Assembly (NCBI RefSeq): GCF_004010195.1
Contig: NC_057719.1
Location: 87,483,633-87,547,632 of the forward strand
DNA length: 64,000 nucleotides
Direction: 5' to 3'
From: Chiloscyllium plagiosum
Lineage: Eukaryota
In this document: piece after piece, positions 24,813 to 37,009 of the stretch
How the letters are laid out: the number at the start of each line of letters is the position of its first letter
How positions within the stretch are numbered: position 1 is the first letter of the stretch
Made by a program: the position numbers and the translations under genes
The notes under the pieces: model-generated
The model's input: only the letters and a program-made list of their open reading frames with translations
Told to the model about the DNA's origin: nothing
The model's database searches: none

Positions 24813-25100
24813 CTGATTTTATGTGCGTTGATCTCCAGCAGCAGATCATTGTGTTCCTTCAGAAGGTTTTCAGCAGAGCCCACATCGAATCCCATCTCCT
24901 TGCTGTTCAGCTTGTCCTTCATGTTCCCAGCCCACAAGAGAAGCTCCTTGCTCTCCTGGCTGTACAGCTGCTGGTTATAAGCATCCGACAAGAGCTGCCT
25001 TCTCCGCGAGGCCTGACCCTTCACCCTGTGCAGCAGGGCTTCCATCTCATGAACCTGCTCCATGATCGCTGCACTCTCTGCAGGATTGGTGTCCTTAATC
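24813..25100 (-). CDS. SPTBN5: Beta-spectrin exon 13
   Basis: tttcag|G IKDTNPAESAAIMEQV...SKELLLWAGNMKDKLNSKEMGFDVGSAENLLKEHNDLLLEI...|gtaaga; 288 nt, phase 2->2. Confidence 0.9.
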
Positions 25101-25909
25101 CTGAAACATCATCAGACACAGGAGAGCACAACAATGTCAGCCCACAGATATCTTCACGTCACAGTACGAGTTACAGGACAGGCCTAAAACAGAGCGTGTG
25201 GCAGTGATACACAGCAAACATTTTATTAGTGTGCCAGCTACTCGAATATTCTGGATAATCAAGAGGAATGCATAACCACTGTAAACCCTGACCAAATATT
25301 TGCGACATGAAAATCCCTTTAAAAATCTATCTAAAAACAGCAACGCACTTGCTAAAGCCATTAATTATCTGACTGTGCCTGTCTCCATTCTCACATCATT
25401 GATATACTTCAACTTCCTGCTTGAGTGTCAATACCACTTGCTTATGTTTGCTGCTCATGGTAGTTTTTGGAGTTTGTATGATGGCAGACGGGCAAAAACC
25501 CTTTGCAGCAAACTGTGATCATTACAGACAATACGGTGGCACGGGAGGTAGGAAGGTGCCAATTGTGCTCAGTTTGAGACCACAGGTTGGACCCTGCAGA
25601 AACCACCATTCTGAGGAAAACTGAGAGATCAGATTTCACTGGGAGAGGATTCAAACCCCAGCAGACGTAAACGCAAGTCAGAAGGGAGGTCACACGCAGA
25701 GCTTTCTCAGCCAGACAATAGTCAAGAAGGTGAACAGCGAGAGCACTGACGCACACTCTAAATGGTTAAGGTGGTAAACAGATGAGAGAGAGGACGAGAG
25801 CGATACAGTCAGACATGGGGAGGAGAGATTAAAATAGCAAAACACACTGAGATTGATTCTGCTTCTGGTATTTAACACTGAATGATATCTGTCTAATGCA
25901 GCATTCTAC

Positions 25910-26290
25910 TCAACCTGGGAGTGTTTGATGTCAAAATGGAAAGTCAGTAAGCTTCACTCTGCATTGAAATGATGCTAATCTTGCTCTAGGAGAGTTTGAT
26001 TGGGATAGTGTGGAGAGAGCTTTGCTCTGTATCTAACCCCACGCTGTCCCTGTCCTGGGAATGTTTCATGGGGACAGTATAGAGAGGGGTTTAGAGTGAA
26101 TCTAACCCTGGCCTGGGAGATTTGATGAGGACGTTGTAGAGGTGGCTTTACTCTGTATTTAACCCCATGCTGTCCCTATCCTGGGAGCGCTTGTTTGGGA
26201 ACAGTGTAAGATGGGGCTTTAGTCTGTATCTAATCCTGTACAGTACCCCTCCTGGTAGAGTTTGATTGGGGCAGTGCAGAAGGAGCTTAA
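25910..26290. repeat. Degenerate ~68-bp minisatellite (ctgggagtgtttgatggggacagtgtagagggagctttactctgtatctaacccc family)
   Basis: ~5-6 tandem diverged units; inverse fragment near 46305-46340. Confidence 0.75.
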
Positions 26291-26449
26291 TGTATATGCA
26301 TCATTTGATGTTGATTGCTTGTAATTCTAAGTGGTGGATTCTGCAAAGGAAGCTCCCTCTCTTTGATGAATGCAAATAGAAGCTGCAGAGACAGAAAACA
26401 ATGCACAATAGCAATAAGGGCCTAATAATCCTCATGAAGATGTACATAC

Positions 26450-26701
26450 GAGCGAGCCATTTTGGTCAGGTATTCGATTCGAGTTTCCAGTGCTTGGATC
26501 TCCCGCTCTGATACAACGTGCTTACGCCTCTCTTCATCCACAGCCTTTTTGCTGTTGCTGATCTCAGTGTCGGGGAGCAGAGTCAGTTTCTCCTGGAGCA
26601 GGGCTGTCGTGTCTTGGCATTTCTGGAGAAATGACTTGACGTCCGCTGTGCCGATCAGCTCCCTACCCTTCTCCTCTTTCAGCACCAGCATATGTGCCCA
26701 C
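26450..26701 (-). CDS. SPTBN5: Beta-spectrin exon 12
   Basis: ttgtag|G WAHMLVLKEEKGRELIGTADVKSFLQKCQD...EREIQALETRIEYLTKMAR TC|gtatgt; 252 nt, phase 2->2. Confidence 0.9.
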
Positions 26702-26774
26702 CTACAAAATAAATCACGCAAACTTTGAAACCAAGTTCCAGCCTTGAAAATCTGCTGCTACCAATTCAACCTCA

Positions 26775-27205
26775 AAGAACAAAGAAAAATACAGCACAGG
26801 AAAGGCCCTTTGGCTCTCCAAACCTGCGCCGCTACATCTTCCCCTTCCATATCAAAATTGTCTTCACTTACAGGATACGTATCCATATATTCCCTTCCTA
26901 TTCATGTATTTGTCCAGATGCTTCTTAATGCTGCTATTGTGTCTGCTTTCACCCCCTCCACCGGCAACACGCTCCAAGTACTCATTACCCTTTGTGTGAA
27001 ACACTTGCCTCGCACATCTCTTTTAAACGTTGCCACCTCGCACCTTGAACCTGTAGCCCCCAGTACTTGACCCTGGGAAAAAGCCTCATACTTTCCGCTC
27101 ATTCCAAGCCATTCACCATGTTATAAACTTTGATCAGGTCACCCCTCAGCGTCCTGCATTCCAGTGAAGACAAACCAGTCTATCCTATCTTTCTTCATAG
27201 CTACC
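26775..27205 (-). mobile_element. CR1 3' fragment
   Basis: FKRDVRGKCFTQRVMSTW motif on the minus strand. Confidence 0.75.
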
Positions 27206-27565
27206 TCCTTTACTACCATCTTTTCCTGGTTTAGCCTACAGGTTACTCTAGACTCACAGCAATGTGGTTGACTCTGGGCAAACTACTCAGTTTGAGGGCA
27301 ATTAGGGGCATGCACTAATTGCCAGTGACACTCACATCCCATGAAGGAATAAAGAAGTAGACATTGAGAGGATATCTGTTCTGATCGAAGATCCTAGAAC
27401 TAGTTTATAATTAAGGTTTAAGGTGGAGATGAGAAATTCCTGCCCTCAGAGGGTCACCAATCCTTCTCACGGTGATCTAGTTGGCTTATCAAACAAAGCT
27501 GAGGCTGAAACGAAAACAGAAATTGCTGGGAAGACTCAGCTGGTTTGGCAGCATCTGTGGAGCGC

Positions 27566-27596
<31 letters not shown>

Positions 27597-28419
27597 TTAA
27601 TGTTTTGAGTCCAGTGACTCTTCACCAGAATTATCAAAGCTGAAGTGATAGTGTTCTGGTCTACACACAAGGGTTATGAGGGTCAGGCAGACACATTTAA
27701 GTTAATTTAATCAAATTGCAGGGGTGGGGCAGGAATCTTTCTCTTGTGAATTGACTTCAAAGTCTGGAAGTCAGATATGATGCAGCACTGAGCCGCGGTC
27801 AAAGAGGAGATGCTTTGTGGATAGTTGCCTGAAGAGGAACAGAAAGACAAGCAGACCCACAGCTCCCCATGGACAATGAAGGAGAAGAGAGCAGGATGAA
27901 GCAATAAAAGGAGGTGGGGAAGCTTTTAGAAATATTTATTTGGCAGAAAATTGAGAGTTGGTGGGACAAGCAGGAGTTAATAGAGGAGAGGCAGCTTGGA
28001 TTTCTTGAGCGCAACTCATGCCGGACTAATACAAAATCCGAATGCTGTGGATGTCCAGAATCCAAAACAAAGGCAGAGGATTGTGGAAATACTCAGCAAG
28101 ACTGGCAGCTCCTGTGAAGAGGATAACAGAGTTAAATCGGAAATTTGTTCCAGTGCAAAAGGAGGCAATTCAGCCCATTACTACTTCAGGTCAGTGACCT
28201 CTCAATGAAAGATGGGAAGCGTTATAAATGTGTTTTGATCGAAGGACATCAGGCAAAAAAGGGAAAGGAAAAATCAGTGACAGGGTGAGAGTAAAGAAGA
28301 GATTAAATTACTGAAGAGATTGCCATGTGGGACCAAAGGAAGATTATTAACTTACCCCATTACTGTATCCTTTGGCTTCATGTGACTAACCTTTCTGTCA
28401 GTATATTTCTCTTATCAAG

Positions 28420-30635
28420 CATATGGTATTCTAGACTTCGTTAATAGGGACATAGCATACAATGGCAGAAGAATTTACATAATGTACTGGTTTCAACTTA
28501 ACTGGAGAATTGTGCATAGTTCTGGACACAAAACTATAGAAAGGATGTTAATGCATTGGAGACAAGAGAGATCTTCAAGAATGGTCGCAGGGGTGAAACA
28601 CTATAGCTCTGAGGATTGATTGCAGAAGTTGGGACTGTTTTCAGTGGAGAGCAGGAAATTAAGAGGAGATTTGATAGAATTTCTCAAAATCAGGTGAATT
28701 CATAATGGACAACAAAGAGATGGCAGACCAGTTAAACAAATACTTTGGATATGTTTTCACTAAGGAGGGTATAAATAATCTTCAGGAAATGCTGGGGGAT
28801 AGAGGTCAAGCATGAAGAAGGAACTGAACGAAATCCTTATTAGTCAGGAAATGCTTTTAGGAAAACTGATGGGATTAAAACCTGATAAATCCCCATGGCT
28901 TGATGCTCTGCATCCCAAGTACTTAAGGAAGTGGCCCTAGAAATAACGGATGCTTTGTTGATCATTTTCCAGCATTTTGTAGACTCTGGAAGAGTTTCAA
29001 TGGACTGGAGGGTAGCTAACGTAACTCCACTCTTTAAAAAAGGAGGGAGAGAAGAAATGGGGAATTATCGGCCAATTAGCCTGACATTGGTGGTGGGGAA
29101 AATGCTGGAGTCAATTATTAAGAATGCAATAACTGAGCATTTGGAAAGCTGTGACAGAATCAGTCCTAGTAAGCATGGATTCAGTAAAGAGAAATCATGC
29201 TTGACAAATCTGGAATCTTTTAGGATGTGACCAGTAAAGTGGACAAGGGTGAATCAGTAGATGTTGTGTATCTGGACTTCCAAAAGGCTTTTGACAAGGT
29301 TTCACATAAGGGATTAGTAAGGAAAGTTAAAACTCATGTTATATGAGGTAATGCATTCACATGGATAGAGAACTGATTGGCAGACAGGAAGCAGAGAGTT
29401 GGAATAAATGGCAGGCAGTGATGAGTGGGTGCCGCAGGCTCAGTGCTGGGACCCCAGATGTTCACAATATACATTAACGATTTGGACGAAGAATTGAATG
29501 CAATATCTCCAAATTTGCAGATGACACTAAGCTGGGTGGCAGTGTGTGCTGTGAGGAGGTTGTTAAGAGGCTGCAGGGTGATTTGGACAGGCTGGCTGAG
29601 TGGGCAAATACTTGGCAAATGCAATATAACGTGGATAAATGTGAGGTTATCTATTTTGGCTGCAAAAAACAGGAAGACAGATTATTATCTGAATGGCGGC
29701 AATTTAGGAAAAGGTGAGATGCAATGAGACCTGGGTATCGTGGTGGAACAGTCTCTGAAGGTAGGCATGCAGGTTCAGCAGCAGTGAGGAAAGCTAATAG
29801 CGTGCTGTCCTTCATAGTGAAAGGATTTGAGTATCGCAGTAAGGGTGTCTTGCTGCAGTTGTACAGGGCCTCGGTAAGGCCACACTTAAGTATTGTATGC
29901 AGTTTTGGTTTCCTGGTCTGAGGAAGGGAGTCCAGCAAAAGGTCACCAGACTGATTCCCGGGATGGCAAGACTGATATATAAGGAAAAACCAAATCAACT
30001 GGGCTTGTATTCACTAGAATTTAGAAGAATGAGGGAGGGGGGAAATTTCATAGAAACATGTAGAAACCTGATGGGACTGGACAGGCTAGATGCAGGAAGA
30101 ATGTTCCCAATGTTGAGGAAGTCCAGAACTAGGGGTCGCAATCTAAGAATAAGGGGTAAACCATTCAGGATTGAGATGAGGAAGAATTTCTCCACTCAAG
30201 AGAGTTGTGAACCTGTGGAATTCTCTGCCACGGGAAGCTGTTGGAGCCAGTTCATTAGAAATATTCAAGAGAGAGCTGGCTGTAAGGCTAAAGGGATCAA
30301 GAAGTATGGAAAGAAAGTGGGAATAGGATACTGAGTGCGCAATGGTCAGCCATGACTATATCGAAGGTGCAGGCTCAAAGGGCCAAAAAGGCCAAATGAC
30401 CTACTCCTGCACCTATTTTCTATGTTTCTATGAGGGGCCTGGACAGAGTATATGGCAACACTGCTTCCACTCATAAATGGATCGAGAATGAAAGGGCACA
30501 GTGTTGAAGTATTTTGCAAAAGAAGCAAATACAAGGAAAGAAAATACTTTATCGTACAAGGAGTTGATAGGATTTGCCTGGAAGCAGGTTCAACTGAGGC
30601 ATTCAAGAGGGCATTGGATGATTATTTAAACTGAA
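28420..30635 (+). mobile_element. CR1 LINE ORF2 (RT) remnant, frameshifted, inside an older CR1 fragment
   Basis: DWRVANVTPLFKKG...NYRPISLT, YLDFQKAFDKV, SVLGP, FADD motifs; (ctatgttt) tail near 30425. Confidence 0.88.
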
Positions 30636-31150
30636 ACAATGCACGGGGTAATTGGGAATAGGTAGGGTATTGGTACTAAGTTAAAATGCTCAGAAAGCCA
30701 GTGCAGACACAATGGGATGTAACAAGTCTGTGACAAAACACAACTTTGTCTCCAATTGGTGTACTGCATTTCCAGCATCACCATTTAAGAAGGGCATAAA
30801 CTTGAATGGCCCCCTTCTGTGCTGCATCATTTCTGTGGTACCCTCTGAATCTCACTAGGTGCCGATCACCCTTTGTAAGCTCAGGTCAACTGTCTTGATG
30901 CTAATCTTATTTGCCTCTTGTGCTGAACGCAGATGTACCAATCCTCCTGCCTTCTTGCAGTTTGTGGAAATCTGTTGTACCTTCTGGATCAAAAACCTCA
31001 GCCAGTGCAATAGTGTGAGCCCTTTAACATTACAACCAGTGAAGCCCGCATTCAATGCTAAACCATACAGGCTTGATTACTGCTGTCCGTCCTACGGCGT
31101 AACAGCACCACCTGGTGGAGAAGTGAGGTACCCACTTAACGAGACTTTAC

Positions 31151-31281
31151 CTCGTATGCATCTCACGCTGCTTTGCTCTGATTTCTCGTTCCTTGCTATG
31201 TCGGTTTTTAATAAACTCATCCACCAGTTGGTTAATCTCATCCAGCCGGCCTTTCCCAGCAGCCAATTCTGTCAAGAAGTT
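31151..31281 (-). CDS. SPTBN5: Beta-spectrin exon 11
   Basis: tttcag|NFLTELAAGKGRLDEINQLVDEFIKNRHSKEREIRAKQREMHT AG|gtaaag; 131 nt, phase 0->2. Confidence 0.9.
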
Positions 31282-31653
31282 CTGAAATACGAAAGTATCC
31301 CAGTCAGTGGTATTAGCTTGACAGCAACCATTCAGTCCAGCAGAAGAATAATATATGGAGACAAAGACTGAAATCTGGAGAAATTTGGGAGTGTTATTAA
31401 GGAGGAAGGGTCACAGAGAGAGAGAGAGACGACACAGATTAGGTAAGGAGGTGCTGGGTGAGATGTACAGGGGGTACAAATAGAGAGAGAGAGAGAGAGA
31501 GAGAGACATGCACAAAAGAGATGCTGGGTGATATGTATGGGGCTTCGAGAGACAGCCAGAGACACACAGGTATGGAGACACAGTGTAAGATGTACAAGGG
31601 TTCATCGGGAGGCAGGCAACAGAAATTCAGCACTCAGTACAGGATTAACAAAC

Positions 31654-31806
31654 CTCGTATTTCCTTTGCATGACTTCCACATTATCCGACTTGGGTTCAA
31701 ATGTTTTGAAACCATTCTCCTTGTCCTTCATCCAGGAGTCAAAGTCATTGCAGGTGTTATAGAACTGATAGAGCTGGATCATTTCCTGCAGTGTTTTCCG
31801 TCTATC
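31654..31806 (-). CDS. SPTBN5: Beta-spectrin exon 10
   Basis: ctgtag|DRRKTLQEMIQLYQFYNTCNDFDSWMKDKENGFKTFEPKSDNVEVMQRKYE|gtttgt; 153 nt. Confidence 0.9.
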
Positions 31807-32274
31807 CTACAGTGGGGTAGGACAACAGGGTGAGGGATGTGACTCAGAGAAAACACCGTCCTGGGATGCACAAAGAAGTAACTTTTTAATTAGGGGCTTG
31901 CAATACTTGGAAAGCATCATATAGTGACAACAGAATGAATTGTCAAGCCAAACAAGTACTGGATAAAGTGAATTGACTGTAGAGGGGTTTTCAGGCAGTG
32001 TGCAATGTGGAAAAGTGAACTGAAAGGACCAACTTCTCCAGAGAAAGGTCAAGCTACTCTTTGGTGTTGGTATTAGTCCTTTCTGAAGCAGGCCTGTTGA
32101 TGTAGGGCAGTCCCTTTTATTGGAAAAATTATTCAAACTGATTCTGTTCCCCCAGCACTGTCAGTTTCTATAAGCTTATTGACAGGTCATTGGCTTTGCA
32201 TTGTCCACCTCTAAGGTGGTAGTTCAGATTAAACCAAGAATGGTGAGAGACTTGGAATCAAAAGTAGTTCAGGT

Positions 32275-32702
32275 TGTTGTGGAAGAATCACTTAATGTTC
32301 TATAAAAAAAATTACCAGGCGACGCAGAAAATCCTTCACGAAATTAAACTTTAATCTTGCAAAATCAAAGCTGAGAGCGCCAGCAAAATGTCTTTACTGG
32401 TTCCCCACAATTTCTTTGTTCACCTCCAATTTATATAATTCATTGGTCCCACGCTTATCGGATAACATTAGCATAGCCAATCATGCCGGCTTGCTTTATC
32501 TTTCTAAACTAATCATCATCTGCCACACTGGTTCTCTCCATCACATTACAACATCATCACCTTCAGCATTAGCTCATCTCCCAGTGATTTAACTAACCTA
32601 TCACAATGCACTACCATTATCTTTTATTGGAGCCCTGTATATGATCCTGGGCATACACTGCAACGCTAAGGTAACTACATGACTGCTATAATAACTTCCA
32701 TA
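32275..32702 (-). mobile_element. Candidate solo LTR (428 bp)
   Basis: 4-bp TSD aggt (32271-32274 and 32703-32706); tgtggaag/cttccata sub-terminal inverted repeat; minus-strand TATATAAA (32430-32437) and ATTAAA (32350-32355); one terminus is TA rather than CA. Confidence 0.55.
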
Positions 32703-32749
32703 AGGTGAGGACGGCATGGTCTTCTCTAAAGACCATGAGTGAACCAATG

Positions 32750-33470
32750 TCATAGTCATACAGCATGGAGACAGGCCCTTTGGCCCAACTTGTCTATGCC
32801 AACCAAGTTTCCTAAAGTGAACTAATCCCATTTGCCTACACGTCTCCCATATCTCTCTAAAGGTTTCCTATCCATTTACCTGTTCGAATGTCTTTTAAAT
32901 GTTGTAATTGTCTCTACCACTTCCTCTGCAGCTCATTCTATACACGCACCACACTCTGTGTAAAAATGTTGCTCCTCAGATCTCTTTTAAATCTTTCCCC
33001 TTTCACCTTAAATGTCTGCTCTCTGGTTGTGGACTCCCCTACCCTGGGGAAAAAGTCCTTGGCTATTTATTATCCATGCCCCTCATGATTTTATAAACCT
33101 TCAGAAGGTCACCCCCTCAACGTCCTACATTCCAGGGAAAATAGTCCCAACCTATCCAGCCTCTCCTTGTAACTCAAACTCTCCAAGCTCGGTAACATCC
33201 TTGCAAAGCTCTTTTGCAGTTTAATAATATTTTTCCCAAAGCAGGCAGACCAGAATTGCATGCAGTTTTCCAAATGTGGCTTCACCAGTGTCTTGTACAG
33301 CTGTAACATGACATCCCAACTCCTGCACTCAGTGCTCTTACCGACGAAGGCACGCGTACCAAACACCTTCTTCACCACCTGTCTAACTGTGATGCCAGTT
33401 TCAAGGAACTACAGCGGAACCTCCTAGGTCTCTCTGTGACAACACTCCCCAGGGCCCTACCATGAACTGT
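32750..33470 (-). mobile_element. CR1 3' fragment
   Basis: LYKTLVKPHLENCMQFWS motif. Confidence 0.82.
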
Positions 33471-33856
33471 GGGAGTTTTTATGACAATCTGACAACCTGG
33501 TTACCTTTGCTGATTTACATTTCTCCAATTTATTTTCTGAACTGATATCGTCAAACCCCCTTGGTGGGATTCAAAATCATTAATCTAGGTCTTGAGATAG
33601 TTACACAGTTAAGGTAGTAATGACACCACAGGAATAACAGGCCACAGTGCAGGCACAAAGACTCTAGCTGCAGTTTCTAGGTTTCTGGTTTCTCCCTCAC
33701 ATTCTCCTCCCTGTGTAGGTCCATGCAGTTTAACAGATGCAGCAAACCTTCTTACCTTGGTTAATAGCTCCCCCAATTGGTGTAGTAGGGTTCAGCTGTC
33801 TCTGGCATAGGGCAAGAATGTAAGAATACAGGAATTGCCCAATGAAGAAATAGTGT

Positions 33857-34186
33857 GGAGGAGCCAGTGTTGGACTGAGGTGGACAAATTAAAAATCACA
33901 CAACGCCAGTTTATAGTTCAACAGGTTTATTTGGAAGCACTAGCTTTCGAAGCGCTGCTTCTCATCCACCTGATGAAGGAGCAGCGCTCTGACAGCTAGT
34001 GCTTCCAAATAAACCTGTTGGACTATAACCTGGTATTGTATGATTTTTAACTTTGTTCACTGCAGTCCAACACCGGTTCCTCCAAATCATGACTTTCATC
34101 GGGTGGTTGTCAAGGGGCAGTGTTTCCGAAAGCTAGTGCTTCCGAATAAACCTGTTGAACTACAACCTGGTGTTGTATGATTTTTA
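33857..34186. mobile_element. Inverted and tandem cluster of three hammerhead-bearing short units (same family as 3161)
   Basis: Minus unit 33857-33966, plus unit 33967-34084 (cacctgatgaaggagcagcgctctgacagctagtg), partial plus unit 34110-34186. Confidence 0.75.
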
Positions 34187-34289
34187 TCAAAGAAGAAAGA
34201 ACAAGGTCTTGGAGCTAGAGTCTAAGTACTTGTAACAATTAATCATTTTTGTTAAGCACCAGAAACCTGGTCCATCATTTCTATCAGGT

Positions 34290-34420
34290 AAAATCAAGGA
34301 CTGCAGATGCTGGAAACCAGAGCCTAGATTTGAGTGATGCTGGAAAAGCACAGCAGGTCAGGCAGCATCCGGGGAGCAGGAAAATCAACGTTTTGGGCAA
34401 AAGCCCTTCGTCAGGAATAG
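34290..34420 (-). mobile_element. Penelope pseudo-LTR fragment with degenerate hammerhead
   Basis: Minus strand attcCTGACGAagggcttttgcccaaaacgttgatt. Confidence 0.7.
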
Positions 34421-35246
34421 AGGCTATCAGTCTGGATCTAAAAGACACGAGGAATTTACAGGTGGTATTGGGGAATCCTTGTATACCTTTTAAAATCTTT
34501 AGCTTTTCGGAGAATAATGGGGCTTGATTTCCAGTGAGGTGTAATACGCGATACAATAATAATGTAGTCACTCACTAATCAGACTCATTAATCTTTACTA
34601 ATGTGTGTACAACAGACCCAGACATGAAAGGAGGGAAACTCCAGCACTGGGGAGTTTTGGTCATTATTGATTAAAACTTGCCTGTTCCTACCTGCACCCT
34701 ATGTTTGCCCAATCAGATACTCACACACAGCTCTTTGATACCACTAGCAGAATTGGGAGTGGCTGGGTGGGGGGAGGGAATGGTAGTGGTTTTATGCGAA
34801 TAGTTAATTGCTTGGGTTCCACTCGTGAAAGTCAGAGCTGTCCTCACAGACCCCTCTGACGTCCAACTAACATCTAGGAATAATTCATGGGGCAAAAGGA
34901 AGACTCGACAGGCTGTGGGAATTCTGTTGGAGTGGGAAGCAGGGAAAACGGGGCAAACATGGCCCTGATACAGAACTCAGTACCAGCAACAGGGGTATGG
35001 GGAGCGAGCATGACATTATAAGAGGAATGGAGAATCAAAGATTAAATTATCACCAGCTCTGACAGCCAGGTCCAGAGCAGATGGATAGAACACAGTTTTC
35101 CAGGTGAGTGACAGACAAATACTGAGCAGAACTGGGGACCACAGGAATATTTCTTCAGTGTTACTAACTGACTGGGATCATCCCAGTCTTCAAGGAGAGA
35201 GTCTTTGATCCACTTCCATTTGAACTGGGGAACTGACCTGGTAGAA

Positions 35247-35584
35247 TGGCACGGTGGCTCAGTGGTTAGCACTGCTGCCTCACAGCGCCAAAAACCCGGG
35301 TTTGAATCCAGCCTCGGGCGACTGTGTGGAGTTTGCACATTCTCCCCATATCCGCGTGCGTTTCCTCCCTCAATCTAAAGATGTGCAGGTTAGGGTGGAT
35401 TGGCCATGCTAAGTTGCCCTAAAATGTTCAGGGATGTGTAGGTTAAGTGCATTAGTCAGGGGAAATGCAGAGTAATAAGGTATGGGAATGGATCTGGGTG
35501 GGATACTGTTTGGAGGGTTGGTGTGGACTTGTTGGGCCAAATGGCCTGTTTCCACACTGTAGGGATTCTATTCTATTCTATGAT
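35247..35584 (+). mobile_element. HE1-like V-SINE
   Basis: ggcacggtggctcagtggttagc head; (ttcta)n tail. Confidence 0.85.
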
Positions 35585-35787
35585 TGTACTTCATTCAGCT
35601 GTTCTGGGATAACCACGCAAAACATGCATCATAAAGTACAATACTGCTAATGCTGGAATTGTGAAACAAACACAGAGAATACTGGAGAAATCAGTTCTCA
35701 TTTCAGCCCAGTATGACTTCTTCAGAACTGAAAGGGTGTTTGCTTTAATGTGTTCATGAGAAAAAGAGGGAATGGATCCTTCATCGA

Positions 35788-35825
35788 GTTCTGAGGAAGA
35801 GTCATACTGGACTTGAAACGTTGAC
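35788..35825 (+). ncRNA. Minimal hammerhead motif (GAGTC/GACTT stem II family)
   Basis: GTT-CTGAGGA-A-GAGTC-atactg-GACTT-GAAA-CG-TT-GAC; inverted partner near 35700-35730; degenerate relatives near 27600 and 50365. Confidence 0.65.
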
Positions 35826-35921
35826 GCTGTTTCTCTCTTCACAGATGCTGCCAGAGCTGCTGAATTTCTCCAGCCTATTCTGTGTTTACTCGGTCTGGGA
35901 CCTGCTGGCTATACAGAGGAT

Positions 35922-35953
35922 CTGAAGAAGGGCCTGTGCCCGAAACGTCGAAT
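35922..35953 (+). ncRNA. Minimal hammerhead motif in Penelope pseudo-LTR fragment (to ~36050)
   Basis: CTGAAGA-A-GGGC-ctgt-GCCC-GAAA-CG-TC-GAAT. Confidence 0.68.
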
Positions 35954-36325
35954 CTCCTGTTCCCTGGATGCTGCCTGACCTGCTGTGCTGTTCCAGCAAT
36001 AAAGTTTCAACTTTGATCTCCAGCAACTGCAGACCTCACTTTCTCCTCCACAGAAAGCGATGTAACAAAGCACATGAGGAAGGGTTACTACCCATGTACA
36101 GGTTAGCTGGATTGGCCATGGGAAATTGTCCCGTGGCCAATCCAGGGATCTGCAGGTTTAGGTGGATTGGCATTGTAAATGTGGGGTTACGGGGATAGAG
36201 TCGGGGTGGGGGTGGGGAAGCTGGGTTTGGGTTGGATGCTGTTTGGAGAGTCGGTGTAGACTCGATGGGGCCGAATTGCCTCTTACAGCACTGCAGGGAT
36301 TCTATGATTCCAGGGGTTAGTGTAC

Positions 36326-36538
36326 CTTGGCCTGCTGGCAGAGATCAGAGTACGAGGAGTTGATGTCTCTCTGGCTGTCCTCGATTGTTGTTCTGTTGAA
36401 GTCCTCGTCAGGACGGCTGGGTGAGGAGTACTGGATCTCAGTTGTCCCATGGCGCATGGACCGGCTTCTCCGTGGTTTGTTGACCCTCCGGCTTGGACTG
36501 TCTGCCTGGGGATGGTCAACGGTGGTCTCACTCTCCAC
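36326..36538 (-). CDS. SPTBN5: Beta-spectrin exon 9 (end of insert, resumes repeat helix)
   Basis: catcag|VESETTVDHPQ...RRSRSMRHGTTEI...FNRTTIEDSQRDINSSYSDLCQQAK|gtacac; 213 nt, phase 0->0. Confidence 0.82.
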
Positions 36539-36893
36539 CTGATGGCCAACAAAAACAAAATACACCCATCAGTACAAATTCCGGAACTTGGCAGCTTCCC
36601 TTTTCCCCGCGATGTAAGCCTTTACATTGACACTGCCTGGATTCCAATAATCCCCTCATTCTCATCTACAGGAACAAGCTACTGTCTCTCTCTGAGAACC
36701 TCTGCCCATCTTCCCCACAATGAACTAAAGACACTCTCTCTGAAGCGTAGAGGGAAGTGAGGAAGAGGGAAGCAAGAGAAGAACGAGGAGAGCAGGGAGA
36801 GAAAGCATGGAGGAAGAAGGGAGTGAGGGAGGGAGGGAGGGAGAGCTGTACAGTATTGTGTATGCTGTGAAGATTGTGCAATGATTTCCTCAC

Positions 36894-37009
36894 CGACGGC
36901 TCACTGACTGGGAGGGATATCTTGCCCCGTGTGCCCACTAGCTGCCTGCGCTCTTGGGCTGTCCGACTTTCCAGGAGATTAACCTTCGGGCTGTTCTTCT
37001 CAGTCCTGG
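36894..37009 (-). CDS. SPTBN5: Beta-spectrin exon 8 (non-repeat insert)
   Basis: cacacag|CC...ARTEKNSPKVNLLESRTAQERRQLVGTRGKISLPVSEPS|gtgagg; 116 nt, phase 1->0. Confidence 0.65.
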
